Below are positions 24,274-37,508 of a DNA stretch of 64,000 nt, piece by piece; position 1 is the stretch's first letter, and each line of letters starts with the position of its first letter. Source of the DNA: Octopus vulgaris (lineage: Eukaryota); contig OX597837.1 in assembly GCA_951406725.2 (NCBI GenBank), positions 39,680,001 to 39,744,000 of the forward strand, read 5' to 3'. A program made the position numbers and the translations under genes. The notes below the pieces were generated by a model, which ran no database searches, had not been told where the DNA came from, and saw nothing but the letters and a program-made list of their open reading frames with translations.

Positions 24274-24453
24274 TCAGTAGGTAGACACTGGTTTTGTCTT
24301 GAAGTATACATATGTGATGATTAAGCAGACAAGGAGAATGAAAACAGGTAGGACAATGGTGAAGACCTTCTGCTTGTTCTCCAGGAAGTCCTTCTTCCTC
24401 TCCCGCTTCTCTTTTTTCGACTCTTTCTTCACTTGACCCTTTAATTGTCGCAT
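24274..24453 (-). CDS. SMCO4: Single-pass membrane and coiled-coil domain protein 4 (59 aa; MRQLKGQVKKESKKEKRERKK..TIVLPVFILLVCLIITYVYFKTKP)
   Basis: MRQLKG start, basic coiled coil and one C-terminal TM segment as in SMCO4. A CAG acceptor at 24478-24476 implies an upstream non-coding exon. Confidence 0.92.
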   Translation of the reverse strand: MRQLKGQVKKESKKEKRERKKDFLENKQKVFTIVLPVFILLVCLIITYVYFKTKPVSTY

Positions 24454-24889
24454 CTTGAAACAGTTGGTGGAATTTCTGTCGAAGATAAAAACAAACAAAA
24501 CAATGTCAATAATAATTCTTGGTGTTATAGATACAAGGACTGAAATTTAAGGGGGCGGGTGGGCTAGTTGATTACATTGATCACCAGTGCATTACAGTGG
24601 CATGTAAAAGCACCCATTACACTCTTGGAGTGGTTGGCGTTAGGAAGGGTGTCCAGCTGTAGAAACTCAGCCAGATCAGATTGGAGCCTGGTGCAGCCAT
24701 CTGGTTTGTCAGATCTCAGTCAAATCGTCCAACCCATGCCAGCATGGAAAGCAGACGTTAAACGATGATGATGATGATGAATGTAGTGATGGGTGAAATA
24801 CTGCTAAGCATTTTGTTCAACATGCTAACGATTCTGTCAGCTGACCTCCTTAAATGACCACCTACAGAAGGCACAGGGTCCGAAATGTT

Positions 24890-25640
24890 AGGGAAGGTAC
24901 TTGTCGAATACATCGACCCCAGTGTTTCACAGGTACTTAATTTATCGACCTCAAAAGGATGAAAGGCAAAGTCGACCTCGGTGGAATTTGAACCCAGAAC
25001 CTAGCGACGGACGAAATATCGCTAAGCATTTCGTCCAGCATGTTAACGATTCTGCCAGCTCCCCGCTTTAATGATAATAATAATAATGCTTTTCTACTCT
25101 AGGCACAAGGCCCGAAATTTTTGGGGAGGGACCCAGTCGATTAAATCGACCCTAGCACGCAACTGGTACTTAATTTATCGACCCCGAAAGGATGAAAGGC
25201 AAAGTCGACCTCGGTGGAATTTGAACTCAGAATGTAGCGGCAGACGAAATACCCATTTCTTTATTGCCAACAAGGGGCTAAGCACAAAGAGGACAAACAA
25301 AGACAGACAAACGGATTAAATCGACCCCAGTGCGTAACTGGTACTTAATTTATCGACCCCGAAAGGATGAAAGGCAAAATCGACCTTAGCGGAATTTGAA
25401 CTCAGAACGTAACGGCAGACGAAATACCTATTTCTCTATTACCCACAAGGGGCCGAACATAGAGGGGACAAACATGGACAGACCAGGTATTAAGTCGATT
25501 ATATCGACCCCAGTGCGTAACTGGTACTTAATTTATCGACCCCGAAAGGATGAAAGGCAAAGTCGACTTCGGCGGAATTTGAACTCACAACGTAACGGCT
25601 ATTTCGTCCGGCGTGCTAACGATTCTGCCAGCTCGCAGCC
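24890..25640 (-). repeat. SINE family C monomer plus head-to-tail multimer
   Basis: Four gaaaggatgaaaggcaaa.tcgac cores. Confidence 0.85.
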
Positions 25641-27438
25641 TTCAGAGGGGCAGTAATGTTGATATAAAACAGTGTTCCGCAACCTATGTGGTTTGAAATT
25701 GTGGCAGAGAGCCAGCAGTCGGAAGAAATGTCAATAAGCATTTTGTCCGGTGCAATAACGATAATAATAATAACCGTTTCTAATTTAGTCTGAAGGCGTA
25801 ACATCTCGCCCGGTTTAACATCAGAACCTGGCGAATCGAGTACCTTTAGTCAAATCCATTCTGTTGTAAACATTCGGACCGGTTTGGAGACATCTTTCTC
25901 CCCACCCACAACAGTTTTTCGGGACCCTATAAAAGATCATAAACAATACTTTCTGGCTAAAAAAAAAACACGAAAGGGGAAAAAGTCTCCGCCCACAAAT
26001 GGTTTTCTAACGGTGAAGAACATTCTGGAATATCGCCAAGTTTTTTAAAATCCATTAAAATTTCAACGGAAATATGGTAACAAAAGAGTTACGAAGTGTT
26101 GCCACGTATTAAGGTATGACATGTCCTGAAAGTGCTGACAAGGGGAAAAAATTCCGGTAAGGAAGGAACAAGAGCATATGTACAGAATAATGCCCCACCA
26201 ACTATTTCCGCTTAATTTCCCGAAACATGCATATCTTTTAAGTGGAATGTTGCAGCAATATATCATTGGATAGTACAGTAGATCTGGTAGATAACACAGT
26301 TTTGATGTTTAAGATATGAAATCTGAAAGGAATGTGAAAAGTGCTAAATCTACAGAAATTGGTGCTAACAGAGCCAAGGCAGAATGACAAAACGATTCCG
26401 AAACCTATCCCGAAAATCTAATTGTTTTTTCCAAATTCTATGAATATAATTTTAATCGATGCCCTCGAAAATAAATTTCTGCAAAATATCATCTAAAAAT
26501 ATGCATTTTAAACAGTTATGAGGAAATAAAAGTGAGAAGGAGAGAGAAGAATGATGCAAAAGTCCTTTAAAAAATTGTTTTAAACAAGTTTCATTAATAT
26601 AATCATAAGCTACATACTCAAAAATATACATCTACAAAATTTCATTAAAATATATGAATTTTCAGAGAGTTACGAAAAGAAAAATTAAAAAAGAAATGGG
26701 GCATCAAACTGTAGTTATACCATAACCTCTACGCGCTCATAAGATACGCTAGAAATAACAGCCAATCAATCCCCGTTGTATAGTCCTGAAGAGGCGAGGC
26801 GATGGTCACAGCTGGGACCTTTTTATCGTTTGATGCTAATTTAAAAAAAAAAAAAATTTCTACCCATGCTAATTGCAAAATGCTAATTAGTGAGAAATTA
26901 ATAATAATAATAATAATAAGGGGTTACGAACCTTCAACCCGGGGAGGTTTTCTAACGTCTTCGCCTTCTTTCATTAAATTCTCGTTTAAGATTAAATAAA
27001 TAAATATACACGGCGCTCTATTTCATATAGCGATACGGAGTGTCGATAATAAAGGCTTCTGATTGGCTAAAATTAGTTAAGAATAAAAATCTTTTAAAGG
27101 TTTATAATTTTTTAAGTTTTAGTTTCTCTTAAAAGTGAATGGAATTTTTATAATTAGAAGATAAAACTACATCTGTTTTTACAGTCTTTTTGTTTTAAAT
27201 AATATAAATAAATTTTTGAAAGGCTCCGTGCAGCAAATGGAAAAAAAAAAATATTATAGGGTAACTGTGAAGAATAGCGGCGCGGCGAAATTTACAAAAT
27301 AAACGGGGAATGGGTACTACTTAAAAAGAGTGGTCCCGGTGCGCGCACTCGCGTACTCGCGCATCCGCGCTAGCTAGTCGTGACTAGTCGATCCTTACTT
27401 TGTGTTTTTGTGTTTTATTTACTTTGTGTAAAAAAGTT

Positions 27439-27862
27439 GGATCCTTTCGGTTTGAACGGCAGTTTTTTCTAGCGGTGTCATATGAAATTGTCAGCCATAA
27501 TTATGACCCTAGTATCGATCTATTGCATTTCAATCTCTTTTAAGGTTAGGGTTAGGGGTGGGGGGAGGGTATCTTTTTTTCTTCAGAAATGTAAATAAAC
27601 CCAATCTGTTTCTTAAACGAGAGACATATTCATACGGCACAGAATGGTTTTTTTTTTTACCTCAATAGACGTTAGTGATTGGTTGAAATTGCAGAAATTG
27701 AAGAAAAAAAACAACAAATGTCTTACAAACTATAGAATTTTCTCAATAAAACCAAGAGAAAAAGATGTTTTATTTTGACACATTCTACCAGTATACGAAG
27801 TTTAAAAGTGTTTAGTTACGTGGAAATTATTTTAAAAAACTGCCGTTCAAACCGAAATAATC
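27439..27862 (+). mobile_element. TIR element with internal TTAGGG motif, copy 3
   Basis: Colinear with 13214-13625. Confidence 0.8.
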
Positions 27863-27950
27863 AAAAAAATTATTGTGGCCATGCTGGGGCACCGCCATTT
27901 GGTGTTGCTACATGATTTTACTTCACGAATGCTTTTTAGCAATTGCTATT

Positions 27951-28183
27951 TGTATGTATGTATGTATGTATGTATGTATGTATGTATGTATGTATGTATG
28001 TATGTATGTATGTATGTATGTATGTATGTATGTATGTATGTATGTATGTATGTATGTATGTATGTATGTTTGTATGTATGTATGTATGTATGTATGTATG
28101 TATGTTTGTATGTATGTATGTATGTATGTTTGTATGTATGTATGTATGTATGTATGTATGTATGTTTGTATGTATGTATGTAT
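27951..28183. repeat. (TATG)n microsatellite
   Basis: Directly visible. Confidence 0.95.
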
Positions 28184-28975
28184 TTGCATTAATCAATGTC
28201 TGTTCAATTAGCTGTACAGTCGCTAAGGTGAACAATTGTCACAAAATTTAATAAGTTATTTACCTTAGACAAAAGGAATAGAAATGAAAGGGAAATAACT
28301 CTTTTCTTCGCACCAAAAATTCAATTTGATCTGAAAGGTAATAAATAGATAAATTATAAAAGATATATATATATAAATGTATATCTCAGCCAACTAATGA
28401 AACTTTCTTTTATTCCAGTCATGATATAATCCATTAAAAGCCCAAAAATATAAGGGTAAAAATAGTTAATGTATATCCACAGTATATTTAGGAAACTCAT
28501 TCTTTACCATACAATGTCGAACGGGATAGAATTTTCAGTGAAAAATAGGAGTTATTTCCCTTTATAGAGTTCCGTATTTCGCTTTTGGATTTGGCTTGCA
28601 AGATTCTTTATGCGAGTTCGTGTATTGAAGCATATTCTGTTGTGTCTGGGGAGAGTCATTTTTTTTTGTGCCTTATAATGTAACACATTCACCGGTAAAA
28701 TTTCCACCTATTCCTTATTTTTATTTTCCTAAAATTTTCGTTGCGTCTTACAGTGCAAATGCACACACAAACACACACACATATACATACATTCGTATGC
28801 ACATATATGTATACTTGCAAACATACGTACATATAAGTAGCTTGCTTACGAACTACATGTTTCCGGGTTCAGTCCCAATATGTGGCACATTGGGCAAGTG
28901 TTTTCTACTATAGCCTCGGGCCAACCAAAGCCTTGTGACTGGATTTGGCTGACGGAAACTGAAAGAAGCCCGTCG

Positions 28976-29096
<121 letters not shown>

Positions 29097-29327
29097 CTGT
29101 ATGTATATATACATACATATATATATATATATGTGTGTGTGTGTATGTTTGTGTGTCTGTGTTTGTCCCCCCCAACATCACTTGACAACCGATGCTGGTG
29201 TGTTTACGTTCCTGTAACTTGGCGGTTTGGCAAAAGAGACTGATAGAATAAGCACTAGGCTTACAAAGAATAAGTCCTGGGGTCGATGTGCTCGACTAAA
29301 GGCGGTGCTCCAGCATGGCAGCAGCAA

Positions 29328-29382
<55 letters not shown>

Positions 29383-30017
29383 CGAACAAGAATTTGGCGT
29401 CGCCATCTCTAGCCGAGCAGTGATTCTGTGTTGGTGAAGAGAAATACCCAAGGAACCATTGATACACAGATAGTGCGTCGGTAGCCAGCTGGAGACGTTG
29501 TTTCATGGGGTTAAATAACAGTAGCATTTGTCCTAACCAGGACTGCCATATTATGTTGGCAAATAATCTTTACTCCTGAGTACCGTTACCGAATTCTTCC
29601 AGGCGGTGCTCCGGCATGGCCACAGTGCAATGACTGAAGCAATTAAAAGTAGAAGAAAGGAAAAGATGTATTTAGGCGATGAATTATCCTGAACGCACCT
29701 TGGCCGGATGGCAACGGACCTTGTGGTATCTTAGTCAAATATCCTTTTCTATTACCTCGAGGTGGCCTATGCCACGTGAGTGAATTTGGGTCGATGGAAA
29801 CTGTAAGGAAGCGCGCTGGGTGGATTGTACCTGTAATTGAAAAAAAGTAAAGCCTTGCCGCATGTTGTATCATACTGATCTCAGCTGAGAATTACGTTAA
29901 GGGTGAACGTAGGGTGCACGTGTCTGTGGAATACTCGGCCATCAAGACCTCAATTCAGAAGCAGGTAGTTCAGCTGGGATCAAACATGTGAATCCTCATC
30001 GTCGGAGGGCGGAGGAA

Positions 30018-30750
30018 GACGACGACAACGACGACCACCACCACCACTACCACCACAAACATCCCCATCTCCACTGACACCACTACCACCACCACCATTG
30101 CCACCGCCACCGCTACCACAATCATCATCACCATCAACACCATCACCTGCAGCAACAAGCAGTCCCCCCGCCACTACCATGACCACCATGACCATCATGA
30201 CTAGCACCAGCACCACCTCCACTTCCACCACAACCACCACTAACATCACCATCCCCACTGGCACCGCCTCCACAACCACCACCACCACCACACAGTACCA
30301 GTACCACCATTACCACTATCTTCATCATCGCCACCACCATTACCAGCAGCAGCACCACTACCACCACCACCACCGTCATTACAACCGCCGCCGCTACCAG
30401 CACAACCACCAGTAATATGACCACCACCATCAACACCAGCAGCAGCAAACCGTGCCCCCGCCACCACCATGACCACCACCATGACCACCACCATCAACAC
30501 CATCACCAGCAGCAGCAGCAAGCAGTCCAACCAGCCACCACCATGACCACCACCATCAACACCATCACCATCAGCAGCAGCAAGCCGTCCCCCCGCCACC
30601 ACCATGACCATCATGACCTCTATGACCAGCATAACCAGTAGCAGCAGCAGCACCACCACCATGACCACCACCACACAGTACCAGTACTACCATTACCACT
30701 ATATCCATCACCACCACCACCACCACCACCACCACCACCACCACGATCAT
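30018..30750. repeat. Compound CAC/CAT/CAG trinucleotide tract with internal block duplications
   Basis: Repeated blocks such as cccccgccaccaccatgacc and cacacagtaccagtac. Confidence 0.85.
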
Positions 30751-32900
30751 GAATACCATCTCCAGCACTATTTTTATATATTGATCTTCCAGTTGCTACT
30801 ACTTAAATGGTGGTGGTTCTATTCAAAGATAATTTTCTTAAGGCACGAATTCTTGCGACATGACCATTCGATTTGACGTCCACTGCTATCAAACCTCAAC
30901 TTAATAATTCCCATCCAGGTTGATCTGAGATTATTAACGGACGAGCTTTATTGGAACGGAAGCAATGAACTCACGGTCCAAAAGACTTCTTTTCCGACAA
31001 TCCGTTCTCTTGAAGCGAGTTTCGTTTCGTCATTCGGTAAAAGATTTTTGTCAACGGTCGATATTCAAAGGAAACGATATCACCAGCATCTTGAAGAATA
31101 TTATCTGAGGTATCAAAACCATTCCTTTGAAGGAAATATTGAATTCAGTTAGGACTGGTTTTATCAATAACTCCAGCGCCAGGAGGACACAAAAGGGAAG
31201 CAGTCATGCGTATCTGCTCTTTCTGGTTGCTTGAATACTTTTAAATATTAAAGGAAATTCTTCGTCTTCTTTTACTGTTGGCGATTCAGCCCAGGGCAAC
31301 GCTCCGTCATCATCAGATGGTCTTGGAAATGTAACTGTTGGCAGTAAGCTTTCAATTACTGAAACCATTCACAAGTTTTCGTTGGCAGGAATGGAATTCG
31401 AGGTGCAAAAATCCGGATCAAATACATCAAGGCGTACGATTCGGCGTTAATATAGTCCCGCAAACCCATGGTCTTAGATTGGTACTTGTTTTTGGCCCGT
31501 AAAAGATAAAACGCAAAATAAATCTCAGTGGGATTAGAACTGAGTATCCAAAGATTCGGACAAAATACTACAAGGTTATGGAAAAGGAGATTTGACTAAG
31601 ATGCCAGACGGTGCGTTGTCATTCGGTCATGTTGCATCCATAAGTCATCAGCAGAACTAAATACATCTCTTTTTTTCTTGTTTGTTTTACTAGTTTCAGT
31701 CGTTAGGCTGCGGCCATGCTGGATCACCACCTTGAAGAATTTTTAGTCGAATAAATCGACCCCAGCACATCTAATAAAAAAAAAAAATTTACGTTTGGTA
31801 CTTATTTTATTGGTTTCGTTTTTGATTATTTCGAAAGGATTATTTCGAAAGGATAAAAAGACACAATTGACTTTGGTGGGATTTGAACTCAGTTCGCAAA
31901 GGCACTTGGCCTAGTGGTTAGAATATTCGGCTCACGATCGGGAGTTCGATTCCCGGCAGAACGCCGTGTCCTTGAGCAAGACACTTTGTTTCACGTTGCT
32001 CCGGTCCACTCGGCTGGCAAAAATGAATTGTACCTGTAATTCATAGGGGGAACCAGCCTTGTCCCATTCTGTGTCACGGTGATCTCCCTAAGAACTACAT
32101 TAGGGGCACACAAGTCTGTGGAGTACTCAGCCACTTGCACGTTAATCCCTCGAGCAGGCTGTTCTGTTGATCGGATCAACTGGACCACTCGTCGTCGTAA
32201 CCGACAGAGTGTCTGTCATACAAAGAACTGGAAAAAAATACTACAAGGAATTCGGTTGGATCTTCTTACAGTTCCACAAATCCATGGCCTTAGACTGGTA
32301 CTTTGTTTTTGGCTCCTAGAGAATAAAAGACAATGTCGACCACGACAAGATTTGAACTCAGAGTCGGAACAGATACTGCGATGCATTTCTCCGACGATCT
32401 AACGCCTGGGTCAATTCGCCGCAACCCGTATTCGATCCGCCTCATCGCTCCTGTGATATGCGGAGCTGTTACTCAGTTTTACATATAATTGTTTTCTCAT
32501 TCGAAGTCTTTTGTATATTTATTTCTATATTTTACATCCATTATTTTTTCCTTGTTTGTTTACATTTTTCCTGTCATGGCGGCTGGTTTTGAACGTAGGC
32601 AGACGGCGTACAATGTGTATATATTAAGTGGAGTTTGAAAGACATGCCTCTAGGGTATGGGTCTATTACAATTAGATTCTTGCATACATGCATACATACA
32701 TACATACATACATTTATATATGCATACATATACGAACACGAACATATGTATATATCTATGCATACACATATACAGAAACATACACACGCATACGAATACA
32801 TATGTATATATATATAAATACATGCACACATATATATACGGATATATACACATATACAAACATGCATACATATAATTACGTATGTATGTATGTATGTATG

Positions 32901-32934
<34 letters not shown>

Positions 32935-33714
32935 TGTATGTATGTATGTATGTATGTATGTATGTATGTATCTTGATGTATTTGGCTTAGTGGTTAGGGC
33001 GTTGAACACATGATCGTAAGGTTGTGGTTTCGATTCCTGGACCGGGCGACGCGTTGTGATCTTGAACAAAACACTTCATTTCACGTTGCTCCAGTCCACT
33101 CAGCTGGCAAAAATGAGTAACGCTGCAATGGACTGGCGTCTTATCCAGGTGGGGGTGGGGGTGCAATATATACACCATAGAATCCAGGGAACCGTCCTTA
33201 TGGCTCGGTATCTCACTCACGTCGCTCCGGGGTTCAGTCCCACTGCGTGGCACTATGGAAAAGTGCTTCCCACTACTATAGCCCCGGACCAATCAAAGCT
33301 TTGTGAGTGGATTTGGTGGACGGAAACTGAAAGAAGCCCGTCGTACACAGACACATACACACATGTCTGTATATATATTTATGTGTGTATGTCTTTGTGT
33401 CAATGTTTGTCCCCCACACTCACTTGATAACCAATACGGGTGTGTTTACGTTCCCGTAGCTTAGCAGTTCGACAGACCAATAAAATAAGAATAAGTCCTG
33501 AGATTGATTTCTTCGACAAAAAACCCCTTTAAGGCGGCACTCCAGCATGGCCACAGCCAAATTACTGATACAAATAAAAGAATATATATATATATATATA
33601 CACCACACACATACATATATAAAACGACGCAGGTGTGATTTTGTGGTAAGAAGTTTGTTTCCCAACCACATGGACCCGGAATCAGTCTCATTGCATGGCA
33701 GCATGTATGTATAG

Positions 33715-34000
33715 AGTGGGTCATCACATAAATAATGCGGTAATTTATATACTTCTTTTATTTTCCAAAGTTCTTTTTTAATCTAAAATATACTCTACTT
33801 CAATTTCTACAAAGCTGTCCCATCTCACTGGTAGTCTTGCAAGGCCCTTCTTCCAAAATCCAGTTGTTTGTGACGAAAAATACTCCTTCAGTACCGTTCT
33901 GTCCTCGTCTACGGAATTCATATTTTATCCTTCCAAATGATTTTGAAGACTACGGAATAAATAATAATCAGATGGGGCAATGCCCAGCGAATATGGTGGG
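33715..34000 (-). mobile_element. Degenerate mariner transposase 3' end
   Basis: Minus strand gives ..EYFSSQTTGFWKKGLARLPVRWD.. Confidence 0.55.
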
Positions 34001-34134
34001 TGGGGCACAAACACACACACATATAATAAATGAAAAAATGCATTAAATACAACAAAACGTCCAGTTAGGACAGACACAGAAGAACCCTAATTCTTCATCG
34101 GTTATCGACCAAAATACTAACACTCATTTTCGTG

Positions 34135-34174
<40 letters not shown>

Positions 34175-34229
34175 ATATATACGAATTTATATATATGCAT
34201 AATGTTTTGCAGCCTCCTTTGATATGGTG

Positions 34230-34659
34230 TCTTCTTCTTCTTCTTCTTCTTCTTCTTCTTCTTCTTCTTCTTCTTCTTCTTCTTCTTCTTCTCCTCCTCC
34301 TCCTCCTCCTCCTTCTTCTTCTTCTTCTTCTTCTTCTTCTTCTCCTCCTCCTCCTCCTCCTCCTTCTTCTTCTTCTTCTTCTTCTTCTTCTTCTTCTCCT
34401 CCTCCTCCTCCTCCTCCTCCTCCTCCTTCTTCTTCTTCTTCTTCTTCTTCTTCCTCCTCCTCCTCCTCCTCCTCCTCTTCTTCTTCTTCTTCTTCTTCTT
34501 CTTCTTCTTCTCCTCCTCCTCCTCCTCCTCCTCCTCCTCCTTCTTCTTCTTCTTCTTCTTCTTCTTCTTCTTCTTTATTAACATCCTTGTCGCCGTTGTC
34601 ATTGCCATGATGATGATGATGTTGTTGATGATGATGATGATGATGATGATAATGATGAC

Positions 34660-34710
<51 letters not shown>
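34230..34710. repeat. (CTT)n/(CCT)n followed by (GAT)n microsatellites
   Basis: Directly visible. Confidence 0.95.
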
Positions 34711-35062
34711 ATGTCTCCGCTTGGAAATTATACGATCAACTGTATCAAATAAACTTATTCTGACCAATAAAATGCAATTCTCTCGCCCTTTGCATATACA
34801 TACATACATACATACATACATACATACATACATACATACATACATGCAAACATACATACATACATACATACACACACACAAACATACATACATACATACA
34901 CTTACTCACGCACACATACATACATACTCACACTCACACACGCACTATATATAGATATATATACACATAAATAATACATACATGTATGCATACATACATA
35001 TATATACATATGTAATACATACATGCATACATATATATATATACATATGTATATACACATTT

Positions 35063-35136
<74 letters not shown>

Positions 35137-35912
35137 GTATATGTATATATGTTTATGTATGCATGTTTGTGCGCATGTGCATGTGTGTGTGTGTGTGTGT
35201 GTATGTACATGTATGTGTGTGTGTGTGTGTGTTCAGATGATGAGCATTCAGGCTTATTTGCGATCGTTTCCAGTGATGTTAATACGTTAACAGTGACATG
35301 CAACGCGGCCGTTTGCTTCTTTTGGAAATCATCTAAATAGGCACAACATCCACATCTTTGAAACGTTTGAGGAAGAAAAAAAATTCCTCAAAAGACGTCA
35401 CAATATTATCTTTATCATAATCTTTACGAGAGAGAGAGAGAGAGATGGAAAGAGATCTAATAACCACAGCATTCCTGCTGGGAATCCTCTTTGAAGTCTG
35501 CGATCTCTTCAGTTAGTTGGAAATTAGCAAGAAATGTACCATTTGAGGAATATATATATATTAAAAAGTGGTGGTTGTCATCATCGTCGTCGTTGTAGTT
35601 CTTGTTGATGTGTCTTAAGCTTGCTTAGCTTTCGGTGAGTTCTGAGGTTCCAGCTGTGACCATCCCGTCTTGATTTAAAAAAAAATATTTTAGGTATAAC
35701 GTGTAGTTTATACCTGCTTGTGTGGTTAAGAACCTTGCTTTGCACAGCCTCGTGGTTTTGCGTTCAGTTCCACCGCATGGCAGCACCTTCAGTAAGCCCT
35801 TTGCCGACCGATGCCTGGTGAATGAATTTGGTCGACGGAAATTGTGTGGAATCCCATCATATATATATTATATTACAAACATGTTACCAATGCGGTCTAG
35901 GATGTGTATATT

Positions 35913-35953
<41 letters not shown>

Positions 35954-36002
35954 CAACAGCACTGTTCCAAATATGCGTGCAGTACTGTAATGTGATCTAG
36001 GA

Positions 36003-36059
<57 letters not shown>

Positions 36060-36075
36060 ATACCTTTCTGGCCTC

Positions 36076-36115
36076 TGCTGCTGAAGAGGAGATAACTACT
36101 CCGAAATGCATGCGC
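36076..36115 (+). ncRNA. Hammerhead-like core (degenerate)
   Basis: CUGAAGA-GGAG-auaacua-CUCC-GAAA-UGCAU with palindromic stem III; stem I and cleavage base not intact. Confidence 0.4.
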
Positions 36116-36754
36116 CCCACAATCCATACATAAATACGTACATGTATGTATGTATGTATGTATGTGTGTATATATGTAGATATGCTTATTAGTGCGAGTA
36201 TGTGCATCTGTGGCTGTGTTTGTTCTCCTCTACTGCTTGACAACTGGTTTCTTTAGCTCTTCGTAACTTAGCGGTTCGGTTAAAGAAAGCAACATAATTG
36301 AATAAGTACTAAACTCTAAAAAGTAAATAAGTACTGAGGTCGATTCGTTTGAGTAAAACTTTTGGAGGCAGTGCTCCAGTATGACCGCTGTCCAATCACC
36401 GAAAACAAAAGACAACATTAGCCAATATGTTTTCCTTTAATTAAGGCTACAGGGTGTGATTTGAGGACGATCTAGCTGCTATTTTTAGCATATCGAAATA
36501 CGACATTACGACTCTCACATTGTTGCTTAACTTTTGGTCAGCTCTAAGATTCTAATCGTGACCATCCCGTCTTGTGTTTTTTAATTTTTATGTATAATGT
36601 TTCTATCTAAGATGAGTGGCTGTGTTGTATGCGTTTGAGTGGCTATGTGGTAAGAAGTTTGCTTCACAGCCGCATGGTTCCGGGTTCAGTCTCACTGTGT
36701 GGCACCTATAGCCTCGGGTCGACCAAGCCAAAGGTGAAACTGAAGGAAGTCCGT

Positions 36755-36778
36755 TCTATCTATCTATCTATCTATCTG

Positions 36779-36840
<62 letters not shown>

Positions 36841-36865
36841 CATCTATCTATCCATCTATCTATCC

Positions 36866-36960
<95 letters not shown>

Positions 36961-36986
36961 GATCCATCTGTCTGTCGATCTATCTG

Positions 36987-37080
<94 letters not shown>
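36755..37080. repeat. (TCTA)n microsatellite expanded inside a SINE A copy
   Basis: Directly visible. Confidence 0.95.
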
Positions 37081-37462
37081 CGTGTGTGAGTGTGTTTGTG
37101 TTTTTGTGTGTGTGTGTTGTGTGTGTGTGTGTCTTTGTGCCTGTGTTTGTACCCTACCGCCTGACAACCGTTGTTGGAGTGTTTACGTACCCGTCACTTC
37201 GCTTTTGGGTGAAACAGACCAATAGAATAAGTACCATTTGACTAAAAATTCTTCAAGGCGGTGCCCCAGCATGACCGCGGTCTCATGACTTATACAAGTA
37301 AAAAAATATAAGATAAAAGAAACATATTCATTCTTCATACTTGCCCGGCAGATTCGAACCCAAATACTTTAATTGCTGTTCTGTACACATCACAGGAGAG
37401 CAAGTCCTACCTTTGACGATGACAGTGTCTTCATAACACATTAACGTTATTTGCATAAGGGA

Positions 37463-37508
37463 TTCTGAAGCACCGGTGTTTCGACATATTTTGTCTCGTC
37501 AGTCGGAA
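37463..37508 (-). ncRNA. Minimal hammerhead-like motif
   Basis: UUCCGA-CUGACGA-GACA-aaaua-UGUC-GAAA-CACCGGUG-cu-UCAGAA. Confidence 0.5.

Noticed and set aside
24454-24498. N-terminal extension of the SMCO4 ORF in the track
   Set aside because: It runs through the splice acceptor; the conserved start is the MRQLKG ATG at 24453
30098-30876. Mucin-like or His-rich ORFs
   Set aside because: Low-complexity tract open in most frames on both strands, which is expected for CAC/CAT repeats
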